From the NCBI RefSeq assembly GCF_001194135.2, contig NC_068983.1:121086740-121139289 (forward strand): a stretch of 52,550 bases of DNA, in the 5' to 3' direction. Positions 1 to 12,737 of the stretch are shown one piece after another (position 1 is the first letter of the stretch; each line of letters starts with the position of its first letter). Position numbers and translations under genes: made by a program. The notes under the pieces were generated by a model. It worked only from the letters and a program-made list of their open reading frames with translations. It did no database searches and had not been told where the DNA came from. The stretch comes from Octopus bimaculoides (Eukaryota).

Positions 1-46
<46 letters not shown>

Positions 47-590
47 TATGTGTATATATATATATATATTTATACATACATACACATACCAATTTATCTT
101 CCTGTTTATTTATCTATTTGTGTGTGTATATGTATGTGTGTTTGTATCTGTCTGCCTATCCACACACACATATATGTATATAAATGTTGGTGACTGTGTT
201 TAGAATGAAAAAGTAGTCAATACACAAAGTAGAGCGGTATATTCTATTAGAAGCTGATGCTTTTTAAATCTTATCCTTGAGTTTCATGTCACTGAATTTT
301 CAAACAATTGAAGTTGGACTGCAACATGACAATGTATAAACAAAAATAGATGTAACACACCAAAATATGAATGTCTTCCTTGCAAACAGAAAGCATACAG
401 GGTCTCTGAAAACCCCTTTTAAACAATGTATATGTTTTACATTCAGGTTTCCAGAAAAATATCTCACCATCTCTCGCTTCAAATACATTTGGAATTTAAA
501 TTGATTGGTCCATTACAGAACATTCCTATTTGCTAAACTAACATCTCTAAAAATTTGTTGATTTTTTTTTTTATTGTTACTCAGGGATAT

Positions 591-976
591 GTGGAGGCGC
601 AATGGCCCAGTGGTTAGGGCAGCAGACTCGCGGTCATAGGATCGCGGTTTTGATTCCCAGACAGGGCGTTGTGTTTATTGAGCGAAAACACCTAAAGCTC
701 CACGAGGCTCCTGCAGGGGATGGTGGCGAACCCTGCTCTACTCTTTCACCACAACTTTCTCTCACTCTTACTTCCTGTTTCTATTGTGCCTGTAATTCAA
801 AGGGTCAGCCTTGTCACACTCTGTGTCACGCTGAATATTCCCGAGAACTACGTTAAGGGTACACGTGTCTGTGGAGTGCTCAGCCACTTGCATTTTAATT
901 TCATGAGCAGGCTGTTCCGTTGATCTGATCAACTGGAACCCTCGACATCATAAGTGATGGAGTGCCAACAACAACA
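591..976 (+). mobile_element. Full-length tRNA-derived SINE (family C) with 12-bp TSD and (CAA)n tail
   Basis: A-box tggcccagtgg (603-613), B-box-like ggttttgattcc (646-657), tail caacaacaaca. Exact TSD actcagggatat at 579-590 and 977-988. Confidence 0.9.
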
Positions 977-1434
977 ACTCAGGGATATATGAGCAATTTT
1001 AAATAAAAGATTAGAATAGGTGAATTCTTGTAGACACTTCCTTCAAAATTTCTTGAGAAATTTCCAACTACCAACTGGCTAAAATAGTTTTATTTCCATC
1101 ACAAATTTGCCATAACCTGACAGCTGTTACATGATTAAAAAAAATTGTGCTTTCATGTATTCTATAATACATATAATACTAAATTCATAAAAAAACATTG
1201 TGTGTTTTTGTATGTGAACAAATGAATGTATGATATATTCTGTACATGACAGTTGAATTGAAAAATGTATGTTAGATTGCCCGATGTTTTCTTTCTATAT
1301 CTTTTTAAACCAGTCGTATTTTAAAGAATTTGCAAATATTTTTGCTTATATATTATCATGCTGCTTCCCCATCTCAACTATTTAAACCATCAACAGCATA
1401 AGACTCCAGAGTTAGAATTCAAGAAGCTTATTCT

Positions 1435-1465
<31 letters not shown>

Positions 1466-1489
1466 CAGTAGTAATGATGATAATGTGAA

Positions 1490-1735
1490 GGTGCATGGTT
1501 TTGTGATTAGGGTGTTTGTCTCATGATCATAATGTTGTGGGTTTGACTTCCAGACTACGTGGCCCATTGTGTCTTTCATTAATGTACTTCATTTCACAAT
1601 GCTCCATATACATGGCTAAAAATAAGATCAGCCAAGTGCTGGTGTAGATGGGATAGTCAAAATGGTGTCTGTGTCTACTACAGAGGCATCTAACAATGTT
1701 ACCAGGCCACACTCATTCACAGATGATGGCTGACT
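1490..1735 (+). mobile_element. Old tRNA-head SINE (head related to the copy at 6056-6376)
   Basis: Degenerate head gtgcatggttttgtgattagggtg...gggtttgacttcc, followed by cattgtgtctttc...ttcatttcacaatgctcc. Confidence 0.5.
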
Positions 1736-1870
1736 CTTGATATCATCAGAATATGAGACAAAAGGCCTTGCATATTCAGATTACAGCCTTTTACGCTCTT
1801 GTTTCAAATCCTGCCAAGCTTTACTTTGTTTTGTATTATTCTTGTATCAGTAAAATAAAAAATTAGTGAA

Positions 1871-2174
1871 GTATTGGCCAATGCCAGTAGCCTCTGAGTG
1901 ACTCCCGTGCCGGTGGCACGTAAAAAGCTCTATCTGAATGCCAGGACCATCTGACTAGCTCCTGTGCTGGTGGCACGTAAAAAGAACCTACTACACTCTT
2001 GGAGTGGTTGGCGTCAGGAAGGGCATCCAGCTGTAGAAACTCTGCCAGAATCAGATTGGAGCCTGGTGCTGCCAATGGCTTTTCAGACCTCAGTCAAACC
2101 GTCCAATCTATGCCAGCATGGAAAACGGACGTTAAACAACGATGATGTTGATGATGATGATGATGATGATGATG
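1871..2174 (+). mobile_element. RTE LINE 3' end (5'-truncated) with (GAT)n tail
   Basis: Two gtgccggtggcacgtaaaaag-type units, then gaagggcatccagctgtagaaac...gcatggaaaacggacgttaaac and (gat)n. Confidence 0.85.
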
Positions 2175-2624
2175 AATTATACCCTCTTTCAAAATGTGAG
2201 GCTTTGATTGTATTAGATGCCTATCTTAGGGAGTTGGATGAGTTAGAATAAGCAGTGGTTAACAGTATTTATTGTCTTGAGTTCGGCAGGTGGGTGCCTC
2301 TCAGCATAATGAACCTTCTGATGAGAAATGGTATTTCCAAGTAATGTGCTTACTTTGTTCAAATATGTTTGTTTGTAATATATCCAGCTTACAGAAGATG
2401 TACATTACACACTCATACATACATTTATATATATATATACACTGCTTTCAGTAATAATTGCTTCTACTTTAGGCACAATTTGTGCCCGTATAGCCCAGTT
2501 GGTAGACTTTTAAGGCTCTTTCTAAGAGCAGTTTTTTTTTTGTTTTTTTGTTTTTCCAAGATTGTGCTCCAGCATAACAACAGTTCAATGACTGAAACTA
2601 GTAAAAGGTAAAAAAAAAAGACAG

Positions 2625-3030
2625 CAATAATTTGGGAGGGGTGCAATGGGGACACAGTTACTTGATACCATCAACTCCAGTACTTGACTGGTACTTTATT
2701 TTATTGACCCTAGAGAGATGAAAGGCAAAATTGACCTTGGCAGGATTTGAACTCAGAATGTAAAGATTCCTAACTAAATACTGCTAGACATGTTATCTGC
2801 TGCTATATTGAATCTACCAATCTACCACTCCTTTCTGCCAATTCAAATAATAATGAACTTTGTATACAGGTTATGAGGTCTTCTAAGTGAATTCAATTCA
2901 GCTTGAAAGTCACTTGGTATGTATTTTGCAGACACTGCAAAAGAAGACCAAAAGTGAAAGTGAAAATAATCATCTCTAGTCAGATTTGAACTCATAAATG
3001 TAAAGCTTGTCTCTAGATATTATGTCACCC
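2625..3030 (-). mobile_element. Family B SINE plus a second fragment
   Basis: Reverse complement of the family B core: ctggtactttattttattgacc...gatgaaaggcaaaattgaccttggcaggatttgaactcagaa. Confidence 0.75.
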
Positions 3031-3039
3031 TGTCATTTA

Positions 3040-3230
3040 CATTGTTGTTGGTTAAATCAACTTTAATCTAGCCGACCTATGATCAGTTATTCCAGCCTGA
3101 CCGATTCCATCTACTCAGAAATAATTTAACTCAGACCACATTGTCCTGTATGTCCTTCTTTTTTAGTGATGGCAGGGCAGTGTTGGTTAAGGTTAGAGTT
3201 AAGAGATTTGTCTGCTGTTTCTTGCAGTCC
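3040..3230 (-). repeat. Old dispersed repeat (family D); related copies near 5850-6040, 6410-6600, 7690-7870, 23940-24145 and 31990-32175
   Basis: Shared degenerate motifs by eye: ...aaatcacac/atcatacc..., atggtcacagctgg(a/t)atgcctttg and a ...ggggctaa(a/g)caa 3' end. Confidence 0.45.
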
Positions 3231-3444
3231 TTGTAAATACTTTAAAACTCTTTCACTAGTTTGTCATTTGTATTGTCGATACTAAATATAATTAAGCTAG
3301 TTGTTGTCTAATTAGATAATGCAGGATGAAGGAATAGTATTTGAACTGATGTGACAGCTAGATGTATTGTAAATCTAAATCTTAGTGAATGAAGTTAATT
3401 TAATATATAAAACAAAAAGAAAAATTATGAATCAAAAAGGTGGG

Positions 3445-3611
3445 GAGGTGTTGATATGATGAGAGTGATGGTAATAATGATAATGATAATGATGATGAGA
3501 GTAACGATGATAATTGTGGGGGGAGTGATGATGATGCTTGTGGTAATAGATGATAGTGAGGTGGTGATGATGGTGATGGTAGTTGTGAGAATGCTGATGA
3601 GGTGGTTGTTG

Positions 3612-3643
<32 letters not shown>

Positions 3644-3890
3644 GGTGGTGGTGGTGGTGGTGGTGGTGGTGGTGGAAGATGTTGTCAATAGCAAGGGTAG
3701 TAAGGTAGTGATGATGGTAATGGTGGTGATGTTGGTTGGGGTGATGGTGATGGTGATGGTAGAGAAAAGTGGTAATATTAGATGTTAGTGATGATGATGA
3801 GGATGTTACTGGAAACAGTGGCATCGGTGGTGGTGTAGTTGGTGGTGGTGGTTGGTTTTGGTGATGACATAGGGATAGTGGTATTGATGA
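3445..3890. repeat. Low-complexity (GAT/GGT/GTT)n trinucleotide block
   Basis: Pure (gtt)n and (ggt)n core at 3603-3675 with degenerate flanks. It explains the poly-T/H/V ORFs. Confidence 0.95.
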
Positions 3891-5329
3891 GAAAAAAACA
3901 AACAAACAAAGAAGTTAACAATGATGACTTGAAAACAATATCACAGTGTTTTGATGCTAACGTAATATTGTCACATTATGGTTAGAGACACCTTATAATG
4001 CCAACAACATTAAAAACAATAACAAATGTACAAAAAAAAACTACTTAGGAACTGTGCAAACAATAAATTTACAAATAGTAACAATAATGCCAGTGGGGTG
4101 TCTGTATGTATATATATAAATACATGTGTGTATGTATGTGTGTGTATGTGTGTGTGTGATGTGTATCTGTACTTCTGTGCATCTGTGTAGTATGTAACTT
4201 TTTGGTTGATCTAACCTGTTCATTACTGAGGCATTTCAATGTCTTTAGTTAATCAGGTTTGGTGTTGCAGCATAATTCACCATGCTGAGTACATGACAAA
4301 TACTGGTTGGGGAAGGAAAGGGAAACAGAGATATAGAGAGAGAGGCCGAGAGAGAGCGAGAGAGAGAGAGACTAGGCAACAGTGAGATACATAAATATAG
4401 AAGAGAGAGAGAGAGAAACATGAAGAAGGAGGGAGGGAGGGATGGGGAGAAAGAGAGAGAGAGAAAACTTCAATTAACTGAACGTGTATATAAGCATGCA
4501 TACATGCATAAATGCATTTATGCACACATGCTTGCAGGCAAACACACTTCTGAAATATATTCTGTTGCTGCAACTGCACTAAAGATACAAAAAAAAGCTC
4601 ACTCTTGCTGTTAGAGTGTTATGGTGATGAGAAGGAGTCAGAAAAGCTTAGGGGAGGAGGAAGAGGAGAAAAAGTCAATTAGAGAGAGAGAAAGAGACTG
4701 TTTTTGTTTGTTGTAGGATGTTTTTGTGATCACTAAAATTTTTTTCATTTATTTTGTTTATTGTTTTGTTTCTTTTTCTTTTTTTTATTATTATTATTTT
4801 TTTTTTTTCATTATTTTTCTACCATGTAAACAAGATTTGCAGGTAATGCATTCATTCAGCATTTAGGGACTGATTCGTTCAAGAAATCAATACTTATGTC
4901 ACAGTGGCAAAGATGATAATGGTTGTGGTTGAGTGTTGATGGAAGTTGTCTGTATTGCATATATGTATGTATGTATGTATGTATGCGTTTAGGGATATGT
5001 ACAGATGTGTATCTGCTCATGAATACATACTTTATCAAAGGAGAAATGCATGTTTATATCGAAGTATATGCATGCGTTTAATGAGTCTGTGCATATACAT
5101 GTGAGTATGTGTGTGTACATATGATAATAACTCATTGTGTATGCAATCATTGAATAACCAAGCCTATCCAGTGTGCAGCAGCAACACATCGAAAATTTGT
5201 GATTTTCCAATTTGAATGCAAAAGATGATCAGGCACTCAGTGTTTTTAGTCTCTACCTGCCTCTGCCATCACTTGCAAGCAAGTATGATTTGGCAGTATG
5301 CGCCAAGCTTTCACTATGTCTTTATGAGT

Positions 5330-5750
5330 GTATGTAATCATCCTCTGACATAGATATCCTTTCAGTTCTCCCATCCTTAACCTAGCAGGGCTTGCACTGG
5401 TACCTTGCTGGTATTCATTTAGCTGAGTTGACCAGAAGAATATGAAATGAAATGCCTTGCTCAAGGACACAATGTGTTGCCCAATCCAGTAACAAAGTAA
5501 CCAGCCCTAGAACTCAAAGCAGTTCTTATTTTTTAAAGATACATGGCTTAGGGGTTAGGATGTTGTCTTCATAATTGCAAGATCATGGTTTCAATTCCTG
5601 CACCAGATGGTGCATTGTGTTCTTGAACAAAACATTTCATTTCATGTTGCTCAAATTCACTTAGCTGTAAATGAGTAACCAGGGGGGATGTTGTGATTTC
5701 AATCATTTATACACCATGGAAATCAGATAAGTGGCCCTATGAGTCAGTCT
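5330..5750. mobile_element. Two old SINE heads in opposite orientation
   Basis: tgccttgctcaaggacacaatg (minus, near 5455-5475) and catggcttaggggttagg...ggtttcaattcc...cattgtgttcttgaacaaaaca (plus, 5541-5640). Confidence 0.55.
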
Positions 5751-6055
5751 TAAAACTCATGACAATAATGTCCAGAGGTCCGGATTCTTGGGCACTTTAC
5801 ATATACCCAAAAATCCTGATCTGGAGTTAAACTACTTAGGAGTCTCTATCTGTTGTCATTCAACTTGATGCGAATTGCACTCAAATCTCCCTCAAACCAC
5901 ACTTCACTATCCTAGAAAAAAGAGGACAAATTAAACAGTAATCCTAGATACTCTTTCCCTGGAAAGAAAGGCACCATGTCTGAAATGTCTTTGAACGTAT
6001 GTATACATGATAAGGACTGACCTGAAATTGAATAATTAGATACATTATATATTCC

Positions 6056-6376
6056 GGGCACTCTTTCAGTTACAACAATGAGGGTTCCAGTTGATCCGAT
6101 TAGCAGAACAGCCTGTTTGTGAAATTAATGTGCAAGTGGCTGAGTACTCCACAGACACATGTACCCTTAATGTAGTTCTCAGAGAGATTCAATATGACAC
6201 AGAGTGTGACAAGGCTGGCCCTTTGAAATACAAGTACTACTCATTTTTGCCAGGTGAGTAAACTGGAGCAATGTGAAATAAAGTGTCTTGCTCAAGGATA
6301 CAATGCACTGCCAGAAATCAAACTCACGACCTTAAGATCGTAAACCAAATATGCTAACCACTAAGTTACATGCCTT
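6056..6376 (-). mobile_element. tRNA-derived SINE sharing its 3' module with 591-976 but with a different head/body
   Basis: The reverse complement reads gcatgtaacttagtggttagc...gagtttgatttc...atccttgagcaagacactt...aaagggccagccttgtcacactctgtgtc...tcaactggaaccctc...gagtgcc. Confidence 0.85.
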
Positions 6377-6660
6377 TGTTATTATATAATAGATGTACTA
6401 CATATTCAAACCAGTGAGAGCCTCTATGTAGTATTGGCCTGCTAAAAGTAGTACTCATATCTCAGTCAAATACTCTCTACCATCTTAAAAATGCAAGGAC
6501 ACAATGAACAATGTAACCTTACATTATGGCTGATCATGGCTGGGATGCCTTTGATCAGTGACCTGCTCAATAATGGCTGGTGTGGTGTTAAACAGTGACA
6601 GATATATAGACACAGATGGAAAGAGGAGATCAGTTAACACTTCTAAACTACTATATTCGA

Positions 6661-7134
6661 AATCAAATTAAATTCGACGACTGGCACCCATGCCAACGTT
6701 GTCTCCTTCATTGGAAACGAAACTCGGCTTGTGAAGACCTGTTGGGGCAAGCGAAAGCGAAATCCTCAATGGTACCTGTGCCCAGCGTCGCCTTCCTAGC
6801 ACTTGTGCCGGATGGCATGTGTAAAGACATTCGAACAAGATCATTGCTAGTGCCGCTGGACTGGCTCCTGTGCAGGTGGCACATAAAATACACTATTTTG
6901 AGCGTGGCCGTTGCCAGTACCGCCTGACTGGCCTTCGTGCCGCTGGCACGTAAAAGCACCCACTACACTCTCGAAGTGGTTGGCGTTAGGAAGGGCATCC
7001 AGCTGTAGAAACTCTGCCAAATCAGATTGGAGTCTGGTGTAGCCATCTGGTTTCACCAGTCCTCAGTCAAATCGTCCAACCCATGCTAGGATGGAAAGCG
7101 GACGTTAAACGACGATGATGATGATGAGGATGAT
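6661..7134 (+). mobile_element. Young RTE LINE 3' UTR copy
   Basis: CpG-rich, with hairpin repeat units and the terminal gacgttaaacgacgatgatgatg tail. Nearly identical at the 3' end to 9685-9802 and 17959-18133. Confidence 0.9.
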
Positions 7135-7199
7135 ACAGTTTGTCAGAATACGAAGTGTGTTCCTTAACTAAACCATATGGTGTAGCCTATTTGGAGCTA

Positions 7200-7340
7200 T
7201 GAATTTGGCTGTGTTTAAGAAGTTAACTTTACAACAGTGTGATTTGATCCCACTGCATGACAGCTTTAGCTAATGTTTTCTGCTATGTAACCCTAGTCAG
7301 TAAAATTCGACAGACATTAAGTCTATGGAGGTTACACATT
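7200..7340 (+). mobile_element. Old family A SINE head fragment
   Basis: tggctgtgtttaagaagtt...gatcccactgcatgaca. Confidence 0.5.
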
Positions 7341-8189
7341 GTGTGTATGTGTATGGAAGTGATTACCTGCATTTTTAAGTGGACGACATGAAACCATCAA
7401 ATGTCAGTATTGAGCTTCATTCTCAGGGTTTGATATTATTGTGTGTGTGTTTATGTGTACGCTGGTGTATTGACCAAAAGTACATCAAGTTATATCACTT
7501 TTCGAAAGCTGACTTAGCCACCTAATAAATATTGATCGATAAAAGCAGTATCTGACTAAGAACTTGAATTTATATATCAAAACATCCTTGAAGATGGTGT
7601 CCTCTCGCCAACAACAGTACATCATTTTCTTCATATACCCCACTTTTATATGAGCCTACATATATTCACATATATAGTTATATACAGTGGCTTCTATATG
7701 ACTCAACCTACTAGAAATGGCAGTTAAATCTTTCTCATATCATACCCAGCCATCGTAAATAATAGGGCAAGGAAACATCAGATCAGGTATTTCTAGATAT
7801 CCACATTTTATTTGCAAACAAAACAAACAAGATGGTCACAGCTGGTATGCCTTTGGAGCTAAACAATATTGACAAGAGGTCCATAAACATCTCCGGCACA
7901 GTATTATATCAATTGCAAAATATGCTACACTACTCTACATCCAGCTTGTTTATGTACTCCACTCAACTATAACCACATATATATATTCAGACATGCACCA
8001 CAACATTCCATGAATCACCATGTCTCATCTACGTTGTCTAAAATTTTTTTTTTGTGTTTATGGAATCATCTACACCTTTCCATATTCATTATTATCAAAT
8101 CATTCTACATGAGTGATTTCACTTGTTGAGGTTGTTGTGTGTGTGTTTTTGTGTGTGCATATATGTATGTATATATATATATGTGTGCT

Positions 8190-8233
<44 letters not shown>

Positions 8234-8280
8234 AATTAAAAGGGTAAAGGATTATCAATTTATTAATTAATAAATCAATT

Positions 8281-8476
8281 AACAATTAACAATTTTTACC
8301 AAGCCCATCGGTATGAAAGCACCATTATTGGTGGAGAACTTATTTAAAAGTTCATATATATTTATAAATATAATTAAGGGATCAGCAAATATTTGCTTCA
8401 CCATATACCGAAGTTCAGAAATAGCAGCTAAAAAAGCTGAGAATCCCACAGATATCTGTGGGATTCTCAGCTTTTT
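8281..8476. repeat. Insertion fragment ending in a perfect 46-bp palindrome that runs into a gap
   Basis: aaaaagctgagaatcccacagat|atctgtgggattctcagcttttt at 8431-8476. Confidence 0.8.
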
Positions 8477-8580
8477 NNNNNNNNNNNNNNNNNNNNNNNN
8501 NNNNNNNNNNNNNNNNNNNNNNNNNNNNNNNNNNNNNNNNNNNNNNNNNNNNNNNNNNNNNNNNNNNNNNNNNNNNNNNN
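8477..8580. other. Assembly gap (N); others at 17132-17141, 25283-25292, 26062-~26726, 27474-27883, 47523-47532 and 51746-52234
   Basis: Runs of n. Confidence 0.99.
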
Positions 8581-8592
8581 TATATGTGTGCT

Positions 8593-8642
<50 letters not shown>

Positions 8643-9189
8643 TGTGTGTGTGTGTACATGTGTGCATATATGTATGTATGTATAGATAGATAAATAGACA
8701 AACAGACAGGCAGGCAGGCATGTTATCTTACATCTTTTACATTCACTATCCCATAAAAGAACCTTTCTACCTGATCAATTATTCTGATTGGCTGCCTTGT
8801 TACACAAAATAAAAAGCATTTTCCATTCTCCAAACATTTGTTTGACAGCATCCAACTAGCTATTATTTGCCCATACATTCCATACTACTCTTTTTTATCC
8901 ATACAGTTTCAAATCTATTCATCTAAACCACACAGGTAAACATGACAATCTCTAATTTCTGATACTTGTGATGCATGTTGTATCTGCAGAAAGCATCTAT
9001 CACTGTTGGAAAACATTCAATCTTGATACGAAATGTACCAATCAGTATATGTAAATAGATGTCTATATCTGCCTCTGTGTGTGTGTAAATGTTGTTTTAA
9101 GGGATAGATCCATGATTATATATATTTAAAAGACATTTTTTTTAATGACTTTCCAATGTGTCTGTGTATGTCTGATCTGACTACATAAT

Positions 9190-9484
9190 GGGTGTGTGGC
9201 AAGAAGTTTGCTTCCTAACCAGATGGTTAGGAAGAATGAGTATTATCAATAACTGTTACATATATTTATGTGTGTGTGGTTGTCCCACCACCTTCGCTTG
9301 GCAACCGATGTTAGTGTGTCTCCATAACTTAGCAGTTTGGCAAAAGAGACCGATAGAATAAGTACTAAACTTACAAAGAATAAGTCCTAGGGCTGATTTC
9401 TTCATCTAAAAAACCATTTAAGGTAGTGCTCCTGCATGGACACAGTTGAATCACTGAAGCATGTAAAAGTAAAAGAGTAAAAGA
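9190..9484 (+). mobile_element. Family A SINE, internally deleted
   Basis: Head gtgtgtggcaagaagtttgcttcctaacc, and 3' half ...gagaccgatagaataagtact...gtaaaagtaaaagagtaaaag. Confidence 0.75.
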
Positions 9485-9515
9485 ATATACATATAAATGT
9501 TTCATATTTAAGTCT

Positions 9516-9987
9516 AGGCGCAAGCGTGACTGTGTGGTAAGAAGCTTGTTTCCCAACCACATGGTTCCAGGTTCAGTCCCACTGCATGGCACCTTGAGCA
9601 AGTGTCTTCTACTATAGCTTTGGGCTGACAAAAGCCTTGTGAGTGGATTTGATAGACGGAAATTGAAAGCCCATCATGTGTCTTCCAAATCAGATTGGAG
9701 CCTGGTGTAGCCATCTGGTTTCACCAGTCCTCAGTTAAATCGTCCAACCCATGCTAGCATGGAAAGCGGACGTTAAACGACGACGATGATGATGATGATG
9801 ATATTTGCCCCCACCGACTTGACAACCAATGTTGGTGTGTTTATGTCCCCATAACTTAGCAGTTCAGCAAAAGAGACCAATAGAATAAGTACTAGGCTTA
9901 CAAAAAATAAGACCTGGGATTGATTTGTTCGGCTAAAGCCAGTGCTCCAGCATGGCTGCAGTCAAATGACTGAAACAAGTAAAAGAA
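9516..9987 (+). mobile_element. Family A SINE (tRNA head + CORE-like block) interrupted by an RTE 3' end
   Basis: Head ggcgcaagcgtgactgtgtggtaagaagc, B-box-like ggttcagtccc, CORE-like ggcaccttgagcaagtg, and tail gcagtcaaatgactgaaacaagtaaaaga. Confidence 0.9.
9685..9802 (+). mobile_element. 5'-truncated young RTE 3' end nested in a SINE
   Basis: ccaaatcagattggagcctggtgtagcc...gacgttaaacgacgacgatgatgat replaces the central microsatellite of the host SINE. Confidence 0.9.
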
Positions 9988-10548
9988 TGTGTGTCATGTG
10001 CTTTTCTCCAGACCTTTCCTCTCTCTTCTTTCTGATGAAGAGCCATGCTTGAAACATTACACCACTCCTCTTTTTTTCCATTTTAAATTAACTTTCAACC
10101 TAATACATTCACTGTGTACATGCTTTTGACCTCTTGTTTTCGTTTCTATTTTTATTTTCAATTTGCCCATATATGTGTGTGTGTGTGTGTGTATAAGCAT
10201 GCATACACAAACATCATCATTTCACAAGAAAAATGTTGTCCATTTTCCCACTTGAAAGTGCATTGCCATACACATTCAGGATGACATAAGTTACATCTAT
10301 TGTCCTTGCTAACTGAGGTGTAATGAAGAGTTTACTGCACAAAAATAACATTACATTTTTATAGAACAGTGACTGTACATTAAATGCTCATCATGTTTCA
10401 TAAAAATTAATACCTAGAAGGCCATTTACTGGTTTCCTAATTCATTGAAACACTTCTGAAGTAGAATGTAAAATTGAAACAGAAATAATAAATGACAAAT
10501 ATAATTAGTTTCTAGTTATGCACTGTTACACATCTCACTTTACGTGTG

Positions 10549-10597
<49 letters not shown>

Positions 10598-10601
10598 ATA
10601 T

Positions 10602-10661
<60 letters not shown>

Positions 10662-10665
<4 letters not shown>

Positions 10666-11050
10666 TCATCATCGTTTAACATCCATTTCCCATGCTGGCA
10701 TGGGTTGGATGGTTTGACTGAGGTCTGGAGAGCCAGCGAATGCTCTAGGCTCCAATCTGATCTGGCGATGTTTCTACAGCTGGCTGCCGTTCTTAATGCC
10801 AACCAATTCAAGAGTGTAGTGGGTGCTTTTTATGTGCCACCGGCACAGGAGCCAGTGAGGCAAGCTTGGCGACGATCATGTTTGGATGGTGCTTTTTAAG
10901 TGCTACTGCACAGGAGCCAGTCAGGGGGTACTGGCATCAGTCACAATTGGTTGGTGCATTTTACATGCCACCAGCACGGGAGTCAGTCTGGGGGTACTGG
11001 CATTGAGCACATTCAGATGGTGCTTTTTACATGCCACCGGCACAAGAACC
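10662..11050 (-). mobile_element. RTE 3' UTR with four 65-66-bp repeat units, between (TA)n and (GT)n
   Basis: Reverse tail atcgtcatcatcgtttaac. Hairpin cores start at 10834, 10900, 10965 and 11031. Confidence 0.88.
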
Positions 11051-11053
11051 TAT

Positions 11054-11086
<33 letters not shown>

Positions 11087-11592
11087 GGTCCTACTCCACT
11101 GCTTGACAACAGGTGTTGGTTCATTTACATCTCCATAGCTTAACAGGAAAAGGAATCAGACTTCAAAAAATTAGTATTCGAATGAATTTCTTTGACTAAA
11201 ACCTTTCAAAACATTGCCCTGGCATTCCCACAGTTGAAGGATTGAAATAAATAAAGGTTAAAGATAAAATACAAATATATAATGATTTATTCGAAAATGA
11301 CAGTTAAATATATGTTGCAAGATGTAGTGATGTATAACAGAATCTCCAGCATTCAAAGCTTGAAAATCCAAAGACCATTGTGATCAAAATCAGAAATTAA
11401 GAATTAGAAGGTGGTTCATGGTTCACTAATACTTTCGCTTATTTTTTTCATCTTGGAAATTCAAGGAATTTCCCATTCCACGCTGGTTTCATTTTTAATT
11501 ACAGATTTCCAAAGAAAATTTTGTGTGCATTATGCATTCCATTGGCCATAAATAGTAGTGAACATTATACACAAGTGTGTATCAAATATAAA

Positions 11593-11631
11593 GTGTGTGT
11601 GTGCATGCATGCATGTGTGTGTGTGTGCGCA

Positions 11632-11681
<50 letters not shown>

Positions 11682-11708
11682 CATGCATGTGTGTGTGTGT
11701 GTGCATGC
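11593..11708. repeat. Compound (GT/GC/AT) alternating purine-pyrimidine tract
   Basis: About 115 bp of uninterrupted RY alternation. Confidence 0.9.
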
Positions 11709-12703
11709 AATATTTACATAGAGGTGTGTATGTACTAGTATCAGTGATTATGCATATAATAGTTTGAACTTATATATCTAGGAATGCTTTATACACCTGT
11801 CTGTATGCTTTTATGTGCGTGCATATATAAATTTATGTGTGGGTACTAGAGTATGTATTTGTATATACTGACCTTAATAATATGTTTAGGTACTAGTCTT
11901 CAGTGTTAAGCCTTACATTTGTGTATGTTAGTATGGTTGTTAGTGTATATAGTTGTATTTGGCTATCCTCAACACTTGCTTCCAAATGTAGTTAGTTACA
12001 GACCAAGCAGTCTTCAATATTCCTTAATCTGTTTTACTGCTATGTTATTTTATTTTGAACTTTACCTCATAACATTGCTTTTTCTTTCAAAACAAAAAAA
12101 TAATAATATTCTTACATTCTATTTCAGTTTATTTTCTCTTGATATCTTTACAGTTTAGCAGTCAGGCATTAGGTTCAGCTATATACAGTTTGGTTTAATT
12201 AAATACAAATACAAATTGTTTTTATTGGGGAGCCACAAGAAACATTCAGTCAATGGCAGAACCCACTTCTTCCATACCTCATCCTCCATTCCACCACATA
12301 AATAACAGCAAAGCAAACTGCAAATTTGACCAGACTGTTTATTTGATTTCTTTCACTTTTACTTCATCACTCCTCACTCATTTAACTACTGTTAATGCTG
12401 CACTACATACAACCCCCACCTTCTCCTTTTTTCTTCCTTCCACTCTTCCTTCTATTACTTTTGCCATCTGCCCTACTTCACCTTTAGGAAAAAAGATGTA
12501 TATCTACCCTTCTTTTTAAAGGCAGCTTATAACTGCTACATGATTGCAAGAATCAAAACAAAATTAACTCTGGAGTGGTCAGTAATAAAATAGCATGCTC
12601 TACTTCTTGAAAAATTGAGTACTTTCTCTTTAAGTGAAACCCTAGTTAATACACACACACACACATTTTTGTAGTCTCATATATATGTATGTATGCATGT
12701 GTG

Positions 12704-12737
<34 letters not shown>

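Noticed and set aside
591-665. tRNA gene
   Set aside because: A and B boxes are present, but there is no complete cloverleaf, and the sequence continues into a SINE body with tail and TSD. The same holds for all family A and B heads.
3425-3905. Long ORFs with poly-T/H/V/Q tracts
   Set aside because: They are translations of trinucleotide low-complexity DNA. The same applies to 19324-19626, 42618-42996 and 45741-46122.
4800-4850. Pyrimidine tract followed by ...gatttgcag|gtaatg resembling a small exon
   Set aside because: It does not encode the expected GFGKQGFQCQ exon and has no clear acceptor-donor pair.
10662-11050. CRISPR-like repeat-spacer appearance
   Set aside because: The repeats are imperfect, lie within a LINE 3' UTR in a eukaryotic context, and have no cas genes. 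Reported instead as an RTE UTR array.
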